Shown one piece after another: positions 50,323 through 62,100 of a stretch of 64,000 nt of DNA (position 1 is its first letter; each line of letters starts with the position of its first letter). Origin of the DNA: an uncultured Oscillospiraceae bacterium (GTDB lineage: Bacteria > Bacillota > Clostridia > Christensenellales > Aristaeellaceae); the NCBI GenBank assembly GCA_964423675.1, contig CAYRFP010000002.1:8728-72727 (forward strand), given 5' to 3'. The position numbers and the translations under genes are program-made. Under the pieces are notes generated by a model. That model was not told where the DNA came from. It made no database searches and saw only the letters and a program-made list of their open reading frames with translations.

Positions 50323-51351
50323 ATGATTATTGTTGTAAAAAAAAGCGCGGGAGAGGAAGCTATTCGCGCTTTGACGGAAACTATTCAGAATATGGGCTAT
50401 GGCGTGCAGCGGATTCAGGGCTATGAAAAGACCGTTCTTGGCGTAGTGGGCGACACGGCGCGGCTGGACGCAGAGCGGATTAAAAGCCAGCCCATCGTGG
50501 AAACCATTCATCGGGTGACAGAGGCGTATCCTCTGGCAGGACGGCATTGGCATCCGGCGGATACGGTTGTGGAAATCGGTTCGGTGAAAGTCGGCGGGGG
50601 ACATTTTGCCTGGATCGCCGGCCCCTGCGCTGTGGAAAATGAAAAGCAGATTCTTTCTGCGGCGCGGGGAATCAAGCAGGCCGGAGGCCAACTGCTTCGA
50701 GGCGGAGCGTTTAAACCGCGTACCTCGCCGTATGCCTTTCAGGGGCTGGGCGCAGAAGGCATTCAGCTGCTGCTGGCAGCTAAGGAGGAAACCGGGCTGC
50801 CTATTGTGACGGAGATCATGGATGTGCGGGATCTGCCGCTGTTTGAGCAGGTGGATGTGATTCAGGTGGGTGCGCGCAATATGCAGAATTTTGAATTGCT
50901 GAAGGAACTGGGCGCGCTGCGCAGACCGGTGCTGCTCAAACGTGGCCCCAGCGCCACCATCCAGGAATGGCTCTTGAGCGCGGAATATCTCCTGGCAGGG
51001 GGAAACAGCCAGGTGATACTTTGCGAGCGGGGTATCCGCACCTTCGAAACCGCAACACGCAATACCATGGATATTGCCGCCATTCCGCTTTTGCATCGGC
51101 TGACGCATTTGCCAGTGCTGGCCGATCCCAGCCATGCCACAGGCTCGGCGGCGCTGGTACAGCCAATGGCGCTGGCAGCTACGGCGGCTGGTGCGGATGG
51201 GTTGATGGTGGAAGTGCATCCTCAGCCAGAAACAGCACAATCGGACGGGGCGCAGGCGCTGGATCTGAAAGCCTATGCGGAAGCCGTGCGGGCGGTGACA
51301 GCCATTCGGCCCTATGCATTTACAGCAGGAGGAAGCCATGCGGCGCATTGA
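50323..51351 (+). CDS. 3-deoxy-7-phosphoheptulonate (DAHP) synthase, type I-beta with N-terminal ferredoxin-like regulatory domain
   Basis: 342 aa. An N-terminal ~70-aa FL/ACT-like module precedes the KDO8P/DAHPS barrel (IAGPCAVE, LRGGAFKPRTSPY.FQG, IQVGARNMQN, DPSHATG). Confidence 0.9.
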   Translation: MIIVVKKSAGEEAIRALTETIQNMGYGVQRIQGYEKTVLGVVGDTARLDAERIKSQPIVETIHRVTEAYPLAGRHWHPADTVVEIGSVKVGGGHFAWIAGPCAVENEKQILSAARGIKQAGGQLLRGGAFKPRTSPYAFQGLGAEGIQLLLAAKEETGLPIVTEIMDVRDLPLFEQVDVIQVGARNMQNFELLKELGALRRPVLLKRGPSATIQEWLLSAEYLLAGGNSQVILCERGIRTFETATRNTMDIAAIPLLHRLTHLPVLADPSHATGSAALVQPMALAATAAGADGLMVEVHPQPETAQSDGAQALDLKAYAEAVRAVTAIRPYAFTAGGSHAAH

Positions 51352-52375
51352 GATTCCCACTGATCCCCCTTATTCCGTGCTGATGGGTTCTGGGCTTATC
51401 AGCGAAGCCGGGCAAAGAATCCGGGCTTGTCATGCGCCCTGCACTGCGGCGATTATTACGGATGACATCGTAGCGGAGTTGTATGGCGAAAGCTTGCAAA
51501 AAAGCCTGCGAGATGCCGGCTTTAAGTCGGCGTTATTTGCGTTTCCGCATGGAGAACAGCATAAAAATTTGGAAACGCTGAGCCGGATTCTGGAATGGCT
51601 GGGGGAAATGCGGCTGAGCCGGGGTGATATCGTGATTGCCCTGGGCGGCGGTGTGGCTGGAGATATGGGTGGGTTTGCTGCGGCGGTATACGCCCGGGGT
51701 GTTCCCTTTGTGCAGATTCCCACCACGCTACTGGCTGCTGTGGATGCATCGGTAGGGGGCAAGACGGCGGTGGATCTCCGGGCGGGAAAGAATCTGGCCG
51801 GCGCGTTTCATCAGCCGCTGCTGGTGCTGTGTGATATGGATATTCTTTCCGCTTTGCCGGAGACGCTGGTTCGGGAAGGCGCGACGGAGATGATCAAATG
51901 CGGCGTACTGGCAGATCCGGAACTGCTGGAATGGCTCACGGATGGCTCCTGGCAGGTCAATGGGGAGGACGCTGTGGCGCGGTGCGTGGAAATTAAGCGC
52001 GATTATGTGGCAGGGGATGAACGAGATCAGGGAAAACGCCAGTATCTGAACCTGGGACATACGTTCGGCCATGCCGTGGAAGTCTGCTCGAACTATTCCA
52101 TTTCCCATGGCTGCGCCGTGGGGATGGGGCTGGTGATGGCAGCGCGGGCGGCAGGCATGAATCCCGCGCCAATTCAGGCGGCGCTGGAAGCTTTTTCTCT
52201 GCCTAAGCATGCGCCTTATTCTGCCAAACAGCTGGCTAAGGCTGCACTGGGGGATAAAAAGCGTTGGGGCGACATGATTACGCTGGTGCTGCCGGAGAAA
52301 ATTGGAAGGTGCAGGCTGCAATGCATTCCAGTTTCCCAACTGCCGGATTACTTTAGCCGGGGGATAAATGGATGA
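51338..52375 (+). CDS. aroB: 3-dehydroquinate synthase
   Basis: Start at ATG 51338 (SD AGGAGGAAG). GGGVAGDMGGFAAA, PTTLLA.VDASVGGKT and LNLGHTFGHA are present. Confidence 0.9.
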   Translation: MRRIEIPTDPPYSVLMGSGLISEAGQRIRACHAPCTAAIITDDIVAELYGESLQKSLRDAGFKSALFAFPHGEQHKNLETLSRILEWLGEMRLSRGDIVIALGGGVAGDMGGFAAAVYARGVPFVQIPTTLLAAVDASVGGKTAVDLRAGKNLAGAFHQPLLVLCDMDILSALPETLVREGATEMIKCGVLADPELLEWLTDGSWQVNGEDAVARCVEIKRDYVAGDERDQGKRQYLNLGHTFGHAVEVCSNYSISHGCAVGMGLVMAARAAGMNPAPIQAALEAFSLPKHAPYSAKQLAKAALGDKKRWGDMITLVLPEKIGRCRLQCIPVSQLPDYFSRGING

Positions 52376-53580
52376 ATGTAACCGTGTATCCCGGGAAATT
52401 AACGGGTTCAGTCGCTGCGCCGCCTTCGAAATCGCATGTTCACCGGCTGCTGATTGCTGCTGCGCTGGCCAAGGAGGAAACGGCCATCCGTTGCCCGGAA
52501 CTGAATGCAGATTTGGAAGCCACTCTTCGCTGCCTGCAAGCGCTGGGCGCAGGCGTGGAGCAAGAAGGAGGAGTGCTTCGTGTGCGGGGGGCGGAAAAGG
52601 CAGCGGGGGCTGCACAGCTGGATTGCGGTCAAAGCGGCTCTACGCTTCGTTTTCTTCTTCCTCTTTGCGCCAGTCTGGAACAGACGGTTCATCTGATCGG
52701 GTCAGGTCGTCTTCCCGCGCGCCCCATTCGCCCGTTGCTTCAGGCGCTTTCCCAAAATGGTGCTCGAATACAGGGTGAGGGTTTGCCACTGACGCTGAAC
52801 GGGGGCTTGCAGCCAGGCATTTTTTTGCTGCCCGGTGGGGAAAGCAGCCAGTATTTTTCCGGGCTGCTGCTGGCGCTCCCCCGGCTGAATGGGGAGAGCA
52901 CGGTGCGCTTTCTGCCACCGCTGGCTTCTGCGCCCTATGTGGATATGACGCTGGATGTGCTGGCGCAATTTGGCGTTTCCATGGAATCTGTGGAAAACGG
53001 ATGGCGGGTTCCGGGCGAGCAGCAGTATCGCTCTCCCGGCACGGTGGAAGCGGAGGGCGATTGGTCTGCTGCAGGAAACTGGCTGGCCGCGCAGGCTATG
53101 GGAAATTCGATTCGGATAACAGGACTTCGCGCCGCATCCCGTCAGGGGGATCGGCGGCTGCCGGAATTGCTGCGGCACGTGGGCGAAACCATCGATCTGA
53201 CCGCTACGCCGGACATGATGCCAATTCTGGCCATGATGGCGGCGGGCTGTCCTGGCCAGAAAACGCGGCTGGTTGGGATTGCCCGGCTGCGCCAGAAGGA
53301 ATCAGATCGGGTGGCGGCGATGATCGCAGCCATTCGGGCGCTGGGGGGCTGGGTACAGGCGGATGCGGACACGATGCAAATTCGTGGTCAGCGGCTGCTG
53401 GGCGGACAGGCGGACGGCGCGGCTGATCACCGGGTTGTGATGGCGCTGGCCATTGGCGCAACAGGCTGCGCGGGGCCTGTGGTTATTTCTGGCGCGGAAG
53501 CTGTGCAGAAATCATATCCGCGGTTTTGGCAGGATTTTGAAACGTTGGGAGGGAAGGTTCGCTATGGCGCAGCTGGGTAA
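52372..53580 (+). CDS. aroA: 3-phosphoshikimate 1-carboxyvinyltransferase (EPSP synthase)
   Basis: 402 aa with PPSKSHVHRLLIAAALA, CGQSGSTLRFL, LRQKESDR and DHRVVMALA. ATGA overlap with aroB. Confidence 0.9.
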   Translation: MNVTVYPGKLTGSVAAPPSKSHVHRLLIAAALAKEETAIRCPELNADLEATLRCLQALGAGVEQEGGVLRVRGAEKAAGAAQLDCGQSGSTLRFLLPLCASLEQTVHLIGSGRLPARPIRPLLQALSQNGARIQGEGLPLTLNGGLQPGIFLLPGGESSQYFSGLLLALPRLNGESTVRFLPPLASAPYVDMTLDVLAQFGVSMESVENGWRVPGEQQYRSPGTVEAEGDWSAAGNWLAAQAMGNSIRITGLRAASRQGDRRLPELLRHVGETIDLTATPDMMPILAMMAAGCPGQKTRLVGIARLRQKESDRVAAMIAAIRALGGWVQADADTMQIRGQRLLGGQADGAADHRVVMALAIGATGCAGPVVISGAEAVQKSYPRFWQDFETLGGKVRYGAAG

Positions 53581-54637
53581 ACGACTACGGCTGGAAATAT
53601 TCGGCCAATCCCACGGCGAGGCTGTGGGCGGGGTGATCAGCGGATATCCTTCCGGAAGATGCATCGATTGGCTGGCGGCGGAAGCCTTTATGGCCCGGCG
53701 AGCGCCGGGATGCGGCGCGTTTGCGTCCAAGCGGAAGGAGAATGATCGGCCCCGGATTGTTTCCGGGCTTAACGAAGACGGCGAAACCTGCGGCGCGCCC
53801 CTTTGCTTCCTTATTCCCAATCATGATGCGAACAGCAGCGATTATGAAGCGCTGCGGCCCACACCTCGCCCGGGCCATGCGGATTACGCCGCGTATTGCA
53901 AGCTGGGAAATGCTTGGGATTATCGGGGGGGTGGCCAGTTTTCCGGGCGGCTTACTGCGCCAATTTGCTTTGCCGGGGCGCTGGCTATGCAGCTTTTGCG
54001 GGAGCAGGGCGTGCAAATTGGAGCGCATATTGCGCGGATCGGCCAGGTGGCAGATGCGGAATTGGATGTGAACCATCCCGTCTTTCCGCTGTACCCGGCG
54101 GGGGCGTTTCCGGTGCTGGATGTGGCGGCAGGCCAGCGTATACAGGCGGCCATCGCGGAGGCAAAGGCGGCGGGGGACAGCCTGGGCGGCATGATTCGCT
54201 GCATTGTTTCCGGCTTGCCCGCCGGAAGGGGCGACGCTTTGTTTGACGGCGTGGAAAGTCGTTTGTCAGTCGGCCTTTTCGGAATTCCCGGGGTGAAGGG
54301 CGTGGAATTCGGTGCGGGATTTGCTGTGGCCGGGATGCGGGGCAGCGAGAACAACGATGCTTTCTGTCTGCGGGATGGCCGCGTGGAAACCAGGACAAAT
54401 CATTGCGGCGGCATTCTGGGGGGCATAACCAACGGCATGCCGCTTTATTTCCAGGTGGCCGTGAAGCCCACGCCTTCGATTACCCTGCCCCAGACAACGA
54501 TCAACAGAGACAATCAGCAGGAAACCACGCTGTCCGTTTCCGGTCGTCATGATAGCTGCATTGTGCCGCGGGCAGTGCCGGTGGTGGAAGCTGTGGCGGC
54601 GCTGGTGCTGGCAGATATGCTTTTGGAAGGAGCCTGA
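53564..54637 (+). CDS. aroC: Chorismate synthase
   Basis: The start is reset to ATG 53564 (SD GGGAGGGAAGG). FGQSHGEAVGGVISG, RPGHADY, GGGQFSGRLTA and GRHDSCIVPRA are present. Confidence 0.9.
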   Translation: MAQLGKRLRLEIFGQSHGEAVGGVISGYPSGRCIDWLAAEAFMARRAPGCGAFASKRKENDRPRIVSGLNEDGETCGAPLCFLIPNHDANSSDYEALRPTPRPGHADYAAYCKLGNAWDYRGGGQFSGRLTAPICFAGALAMQLLREQGVQIGAHIARIGQVADAELDVNHPVFPLYPAGAFPVLDVAAGQRIQAAIAEAKAAGDSLGGMIRCIVSGLPAGRGDALFDGVESRLSVGLFGIPGVKGVEFGAGFAVAGMRGSENNDAFCLRDGRVETRTNHCGGILGGITNGMPLYFQVAVKPTPSITLPQTTINRDNQQETTLSVSGRHDSCIVPRAVPVVEAVAALVLADMLLEGA

Positions 54638-54639
54638 GC

Positions 54640-54918
54640 ATGGAAGTGGATTTGCAGGAAATCCGCCGGGAACTGGATCAAATAGACAATCAGATGGCTG
54701 CGCTGCTGGAGCAGCGGATGAAGACGGTGGCCCGTGTGGCGGCTTACAAGAAAGAAAAGGGACAACCGGTTTTGGATTCGGCACGGGAAGAACAGATTAT
54801 TGCGCGGCTGTCTGAACAGGTTGAAACGGATTTTGTGCCTTGCGTGGAAGCGGTCTATAAGAAGCTTTTTGAGGTTAGCCGTGCCTATCAGAAACGGCTG
54901 CTGGGAGAAAACCAATGA
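54640..54918 (+). CDS. Chorismate mutase (AroQ class, monofunctional)
   Basis: 92 aa. LQEIRRELDQIDNQMAALLEQRMKTVARVAAYKKEKGQPVLDSAREEQI is the typical helical CM_2 pattern. Confidence 0.85.
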   Translation: MEVDLQEIRRELDQIDNQMAALLEQRMKTVARVAAYKKEKGQPVLDSAREEQIIARLSEQVETDFVPCVEAVYKKLFEVSRAYQKRLLGENQ

Positions 54919-55679
54919 TAGAGTTCGGGCTGCTCGGCCGGCGGCTTGGGCATAGCTATTCGCCGCAACTGCATCGCTGCTTTGGCACGTATGATTATCA
55001 GCTTTTGCCAATGGAACGGGCGGAAATGCTGGCTTTTGTTGCATCCCGGAAATATCGTGGGCTGAACGTGACCATCCCTTATAAGCAGGATGTGGCGTTT
55101 TTATGCGATGAAATTTCACCGTTGGCGCGGCGGATTGGCAGCGTGAACACGCTTTACTTCTGTCAGGGCAGGCTATGTGCTGAAAATACAGATTTGCCGG
55201 GAATGCGGGAAATGCTGCGCCGGGGCGGGATGCGGGTACGCGGGCAGAAGGTGGCCATTCTGGGCAGCGGCGGCACGTCCCTCACCGCCCAGGCGCTTTG
55301 CCGGGAGGATGGAGCGAAGGAAACACTGGTGGTTTCTCGGCAGGGGCCACTGGATTATGCTGCGCTTTGCCGGGAACACCGGGATGTGGAATTGCTGATT
55401 AACACGACGCCGGTAGGTATGCATCCGGAAACGGGAAATTCGCCGCTGGATTTAATGCCATTTAAGCGGCTGCGGGGCGTTGCGGATGTGATCTATCATC
55501 CTTCCGAAACCCTTCTTTTAGGTCAGGCGAAGGCACTGGGAATTCCCTGCGTGGGCGGACTGTGGATGCTGGTCAGTCAGGGCTGGCACAGCGCGCGACT
55601 GTTTTTGCAGGAGGATTTGCCGGAAACGCTGATGGAAAGCGCCTATGCGGCGCTGCTGAAATTGGAGGAAGTGCCATGA
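54915..55679 (+). CDS. aroE: Shikimate dehydrogenase
   Basis: 254 aa with GHSYSPQLH, GLNVTIPYK, GSVNT and ILGSGGTS. Confidence 0.85.
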   Translation: MIEFGLLGRRLGHSYSPQLHRCFGTYDYQLLPMERAEMLAFVASRKYRGLNVTIPYKQDVAFLCDEISPLARRIGSVNTLYFCQGRLCAENTDLPGMREMLRRGGMRVRGQKVAILGSGGTSLTAQALCREDGAKETLVVSRQGPLDYAALCREHRDVELLINTTPVGMHPETGNSPLDLMPFKRLRGVADVIYHPSETLLLGQAKALGIPCVGGLWMLVSQGWHSARLFLQEDLPETLMESAYAALLKLEEVP

Positions 55680-56116
55680 GAATTCTGGTGCTCAATGGGC
55701 CGAATCTCAATTTTCTGGGGATTCGGGAGCCGGATATTTACGGCCGGAAAACCTATGCGGATTTGGAAGCATACATCCAAAAAACGGCGGAGGAAATGGG
55801 GATCACAGTGTCCGTTCATCAGAGCAACCATGAGGGGCAGCTGGTGGATTGGATTCAGGAGGCGTATGGGCAATACGATGGTATTGTAATCAATCCCGCC
55901 GCATACACCCATACATCGGTGGCACTTTTGGACGCGCTCAAGGCGGTGGCGCTTCCCTGTGCCGAGGTGCATTTAAGCGATTTATCGACCAGGGAATCCT
56001 TCAGGCAAATCAGCTATGCCGGGATGGCTTGCCAGGGTCATTTTATGGGACAGGGATTTCAGGGCTATGGACAGGCATTGGCATTTTTGAAGAATCAGAT
56101 TGCAAACAAAGCGTAA
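55676..56116 (+). CDS. aroQ: 3-dehydroquinate dehydratase, type II
   Basis: The start is reset to ATG 55676 (ATGA overlap with aroE). The sequence reads MRILVLNGPNLNFLGIREPDIYG...HQSNHEGQLVDWIQ..INPAAYTHTSVA..D. Confidence 0.9.
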   Translation: MRILVLNGPNLNFLGIREPDIYGRKTYADLEAYIQKTAEEMGITVSVHQSNHEGQLVDWIQEAYGQYDGIVINPAAYTHTSVALLDALKAVALPCAEVHLSDLSTRESFRQISYAGMACQGHFMGQGFQGYGQALAFLKNQIANKA

Positions 56117-56163
56117 GAAAAAGGGAGAGAATGAGGCAAAAGCCTTGTTCTCTCCTTTTTTTC
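56117..56163. terminator. Bidirectional rho-independent terminator between the aro operon and the convergent giant glucan-synthase-like gene
   Basis: GGAGAGAATGAGGC AAAA GCCTTGTTCTCTCC forms a ~14-bp stem including two G-U pairs. It is flanked by AAAAA upstream and TTTTTTT downstream. Confidence 0.85.
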
Positions 56164-56168
56164 TTAGC

Positions 56169-59100
56169 TTAGCGCTTGAAGGGATAACGGCAGGCATGAA
56201 TGCGGCCATCATCCAGAAGCGTAACCCATCCTCCGTCCAGCTTTTCGCCATCAAGCGTGGGAAATACCACATCGCTGGCAGCTGTGAAATGGTATTCTGA
56301 GCTGCCAAAGCGATAGACAACGGTGTATTCCTCCTGCTCCGGGGCGGGATAAGGTGAAAGACGCGCCTGATTGCCCCGCTTTTCAAAGCCCAGCAGCTGG
56401 GTGAAAATCACGAAATACAACCAAGCGGCGCTGCCGGTATACCAGCTCCAGCCGCCCCGACCGATGTTTTGTCCCGCGTACACATCCCCAGCCAGCACAT
56501 AAGGCTCTAACCGATAAACCGAAATCTGCTCAGATGTTGCGCCATGAGAAAGGGGCAAAAGAGCCCGGGCGATTTCCCAGGCCTTTTCCGTTTCGCCAGC
56601 CTTGCATAGAGCAGAAAGAAGCCAAGGTGCAGCATGGGTGTATTGGCCGCCATTTTCCCGCACGCCGGGGAGATATGCGCCGATATATCCTGCGCCTTCT
56701 TGGGGTGCAAAAGGCGGCGCCAGCAGGCGGACGATTTGATGCTCTCGGTCATAGAGCAGCCGCACTGCTTCCGTTAAAGCGGATCGGGCATGATCCCGGG
56801 GCGCGCCGGCCAGTATGGCAAAAGCCTGGCTGATCAGATCAATCCGTGGGGGACAGGTATCCGGCCCGCCGATGGGTTCGCCTGCATCATTCCAGGCACG
56901 AAGATACCATTGCCCCGTCCAGGCGTTTTCTGCATTTTCCAATAACTGATGGCGAAGGGCGGAAAGACGTGCCTGCTCCTCTCTGGGGCACAAGGGCACA
57001 AATTCCTTTAGCACCAATGCAAGAAAGAAACCCAGCCATACGCTTTCGCCACGCCGGCCGCCGATTCGGTTCATTCCATCGTTCCAGTCGCCGCCGCCCA
57101 TCAGCGGCAGACCATGACTGCCCAGCGCCACCGAATCAATGGCCCGCAGACAATGCTGCAGCAGCGGTTCTTCCCAGGCGGTGGGGGCCGGATCCTCATA
57201 GCGGTCATCTTCCCCGGTTTCCAGGGGCGCAGAAGCAAGGTAAGAAACTGGGACGGAGAGAATGGACAAATCCCCGGTGATGCGCGTGTAAAGCGCCGTT
57301 AGATAGGGCAGAAACAGTTTGTCATCGCTGATGCGTGTGCGCACACCCCGGCGCGGCGCATGCCACCAGTGCTGCACATCTCCTTCCGGGAACTGATGCG
57401 CAGCGCAGCGCAGAATGTGTGCTCGGGCAAACGCGGGATCCGTATAGAGAAGAACTAGAAGATCCTGCAATTGATCCCGGAATCCAAAGGCGCCGCCGGA
57501 TTGATACGGCCCGGTGCGGGCCAGCAGACGCGCGGCCAGTGCCTGATAGGGCAACCAGCGGTTGAGCACGGCTTCCAGCGCCGTATCTGCCGCATAAAGC
57601 TGAAGTCCGGAAAGGCGCTGTGTCCAATGGCTGCGGACGGAACGAAGGATTTCACCGCCGCTCTGGGCAATCAACTGTTGAAAAAGCGCCTGCGCGTTGC
57701 TGGGGTTTTGTGCAATGCCCAGGACCAGAAGCATCTGGCATGGCTCATGGGGAGACAGAATCAGATCGCGCTGCCAAAGCCCCATGGAACCGTTCGCAGA
57801 GCCTGCAGGGGGAAGACAGGGAGGCAGTTCTTCAGAAAAACCATAGCAAAGCGCGGGACAGATTGTCTGCGCTTGCGCACCGTCCATGGCGGCGAAAGCT
57901 AAAGAGGAGTTTCCGGATTGAGCAAACACCAGCGAACCGGCGGCGCGACAGCGGGTAAATCCAGGCTGTTCGCCTACGCCGAAGCGCACCGTGTAATATA
58001 GCCGCAGCTTCCGTTTTCCTTCGCTACGCAGCGTGACGATGCGCACGCCGCAGGGCATATCCACCGGGCAGCAGACCGCCACCTCGGCATAAACCGCCCC
58101 GGATTTGGTTTGATAAACGGTTACGCCCGGGGCGTGAATGGCTGTTGGGCGGCAAAGGGGATAGAATTGGCCGTCTTCATCCCGCAGATAGATTTCTTCC
58201 GCGGGTCGGGGACGATGCACATCTGGCGGCGGGCAGGTAGCGGGCGCGAGCCGACTGTTTTCGCCAAAGGAATGGAGAATGCCGCTTTCGCAAACTACGG
58301 TGCCAAAGAGACCGTTGGTCAGGATGTTGTGCCAGGGCGCGGGGGGCGGCGTATAAACGGCATAATCCCGTTCTTCCGTCAGGCCACCAAAGCCGTTATC
58401 CAGCATTAACGGCGGGGGAGCAATGGGGATTGGCTGGGCAAGCGGAGCAGCCTCCGATGATGGCAACGCCTGACGCAGCGCGGAAAGCTGCGCGGAAAGG
58501 GCAAGCCCGGAACGCAGCGTCAGCTGGGCGCGGCTTTCCAAAGCTTCCGCTTCCGCTTCTGTGCAGGTTAGCACATGAACACCCCCGTCCGCGCCCTGCA
58601 AATCCCGGTTGGGGCTGACCGACAGAAGTGAAGAAACAGCATCGTGCAAAGGACGGGCATACCCGCTTTCCTCCTGACAGGCGAAGATCAGATCCGTCCA
58701 GATCCCCTGCGCTCGCATCCAGCTATGCGCTCGAAGCGCATGCCGAATCAGCGGTTTATCCGCCCCATGCAGCCGTACCAGCAGCACCGGCAGCACCCCT
58801 GGAATGCCAAAGCGCCAGAGTGCATCAGGCGGAGCAGAGGGGAGGGCGCAGGAATGGGGCTGGCCAGAAAAGCAAAGGCAACCCAGCATCTGCTGATACA
58901 GCGAGAGCATCCGCGCATCCAGATGCAGAAAGCGCAGCGACATATGCGCCTGAGTGGCGGCCAGCGAAAAAGCAGAGCGGGCAAAATCCGGCGTAAGGGA
59001 AAGGGAAGAAAATTCATCCTCTCTGGCGCGGACAGCTGTGAAGAAATAAACCCGGGTCGTTCCTTTGGCCGGCAGACGCAGCATGCAGCGCAGACTCAGG

Positions 59101-62100
59101 CAGGGAGCAACCACGTCCCCCAGACGGCATTCGGCTGAATCAAAATCGATTTGCATCTGAGCAGGGTGCGCATAGGAACCGTTTCGGCCCAGAAACAGCA
59201 GTCGATCGCCTTGGCGTCGCAGGGCGGCAACGTCCCCGGCAACGACATGGCAGATAAATGGCGTTTGATCTTTTTCATCCCGAGGCAAGCGTCGGGAGAG
59301 AAGACCGTTAGCCCCCATTGCCTCAATTTGAACGGAAAGATCGCGGAAGTTGGGATGCGCCGCATCCGCGGCCTGATCCCCCTGAGCGATTTCCAGGAAC
59401 GAGCAGGCTTCGATCGTGCATTCCTCCGATCCGGGATTTTCAAGAGTCAGTGCAGCCAGGGCAACACCAGTCAGGGGCTCTACGCAGCATTGCAGTTGGG
59501 CGTTGAGTCCGAAAGCAGAAGCTCGGAAAAGCACCTGCCCCGGTTCAAAGGTAGCCTGTGCCTGAGCAGCAAGCCGGAAGAATGCGCCGTTTTTTTCTTC
59601 GCGCAGGTAAAATTGCGGACCGGAAAGCTGATCGGCTGCGGGGAAAAAGCGGGTAATCATCACGCCCTGATGGCGCAAATACCCATGCCCGGATGCGGAA
59701 AGCAGCCAAGTGGTTCCGCCGCCAAAGAGAGCGTGGGCATCCAGGGGCAGTCCGGGCCGCGCAGCCCGGGCCGGCGAACTGCTCGTTTCCCTTTCCTCTC
59801 GGAATTGCGGCAGCGTAATTTGACGGTGGGGCAGAGACGGAGCTTTTTCCCAAAGCAGATCGGCCTGCGCCTGCGCCTGAGGCGCGGCCATAAATTGCCG
59901 TACCAGGGAAAAATCCGTCAGCGCATTGCAGACGGCGCAGAGAATCATGCCCTGATGATGTGCCATATGGCTGTGTACAAGGCGTGGCCCTTTTCCCACC
60001 CGCTGAGGCGAAAAATCCGCAGCTTCAAAAAGCCCGTGGCCATCCATCCAGCCCAGGCGATGCATATGCGCCAGATTGCTCCCGGCGGCTCTTGGTACAA
60101 AGGGAAACGCCAGCATGGACGCATATGGCGCGACCACATTGCCTGCTGTGTCTCCAGATAGAGCTAAAGCGGGCAGACCAAAAGCCTTGTATTGATAATA
60201 CAGTTCGGGGTCAAAGGCGTAATAGCCGCTTTCACTAATGCCAAAAGGCCGATGACCGGCAGCGCTGATTTGCGCTTTGATCGCCCGCATGCAGCCCTCG
60301 TGGAGAAGCGTACCAGGAATCAGCGGGAGAAGCAAAGGCGGCATCAGATATTCGAACAGGGTTCCGCCCCAGGAAAGCAGCGCCGCGCCGCCCCCAGCCC
60401 GCACGACGGCTCTGTTGAGCCTCTGCCAATGCTTTCTGGGCACCTGTCCTTTCATCACTGCGATAAAGGAGGCGAGCCTCGCTTCGCTTGCTAAAAGGTC
60501 ATAGTGCGCGGAAGCCAATCGATGCGCGGATACGTCCATGCCAATGGAAAACAGATCGGTTTCCCCATCATAGAGAACGGAGAAATCCATAGCGGCGGCC
60601 AGCGCATCCAGCCGGCTGGGCAGGGAACGGAAGGTCGCATCCATTTCCGCCAGCCGTTGTCTGCACGCTTGGGCGCAGCAAAGCAGACAGCCTGCAAGAT
60701 TCCCGGAATCCACAGTGGAAAGAAAAAGGGGCTGCAGTGGAGCCAGGGTTTTTGTGTCATACCAATTACAGAAATGCCCGTGCCAGGTTTTCATGCTTTC
60801 CAACGTGTCCAGCGTATCGGCCAGGCGGGCAGCCATTTGTGCGGTGGTGATCAGGCCCAGTTCCCGGGCGGCAACACAGGAAAGCAGATACAGGCCGATA
60901 TTGGTTGGAGAGGTACGGCAAGTTGCTCCTTTATCGGGCTCCAGCTGCACGTTGTCTGGGGGCAGAAAATGATGCTCAGCCGTGACCTGATCGGCGAAGA
61001 ACTGCCAGGTTTTTCGAGCCAGACTGCGGGCTTCGTCCCGTTGAGCGGGGGTTAATCCCGGCTCCTGGCGATCCGGTGCGTCCAAATGCCGGGCGATCAG
61101 CGGGCAAAGCACCCACCAAATGCCGACGAACACTGCGGGCAGAAATCCGTTTGGCAGCAGAGCCAGGGCGATCAGCCCTGTGCCTGCGCCAATTTGCAAA
61201 AGCACGCAGGGGAAAGGATAGTTTCCGCCAGCTTCTGCCTGCGCCGCCGTTACCCAGCTGAGCAGACCCTGATGGCTGATAAACTGCCGATACAGTGCCC
61301 GCAGGATACCATCCAGCAGGGTATACGCTTTTGCGGGCAGAAGCAGTAGCCGAAGTCCCATGCCCCGGATGGGCCATGGAAGCCCCAGTAGAAATAAAAG
61401 AGGCTGATCCAGCCCTGCGCCCAGCAGCATCAGTGCAGTTTGCGCCAGGGGCACCAGAGATCGGCGCAGATTATCATAAATTTTGAAACGTGACAAAAGC
61501 GAAAGCCGTCCATCCTGCAAAAAGGGAAGCAACTGCCAATCGCCCCGTGTCCATCGATGCAGCCGCTTTTGCCAGCCGGGAAGGCGCGCGGGGTGGCCAT
61601 CATAAAACACAATATCTTCCGCCAGGGCGCTGCCTGCGATTTCGCCTTCGATAAGATCGTGGCTCAGCAGTCGCCCTGCTGGCATGCGCCCCGCCATTTT
61701 GCTCATCCAGTAAGCGGGCTGATAGATGCCCTTGCCTACGAAGGAGCCGCGGCCAAACACATCCTGATATACATCCTGTACGGACAGATGATAGGGATCG
61801 GCTCCGCCCAAACCGCCCAGCAGACGCTGGACGCGAGTGCGCACGGTATCCGGCGCAATCTCCATGCGCGGCTGAATAATGCCTACCCGTCCCTTTTGCA
61901 GCGGATGATCCATGGCACCAATCAGAGAAAGTGCTGCGCCCGGGGGAAGGAAGGTGTCCGCATCCAGCGTGATCACATAGGCGTATCTCTCCCGCAGAAA
62001 GCGCAGATCGCAGGAGGCGTGGCAGAAGGAGTCCGTGCATTCCTGCCCCAGTAGCAGTTGATTCAGCGCTTCTAAAGCGCCGCGCTTGCGCTCTCGACCG

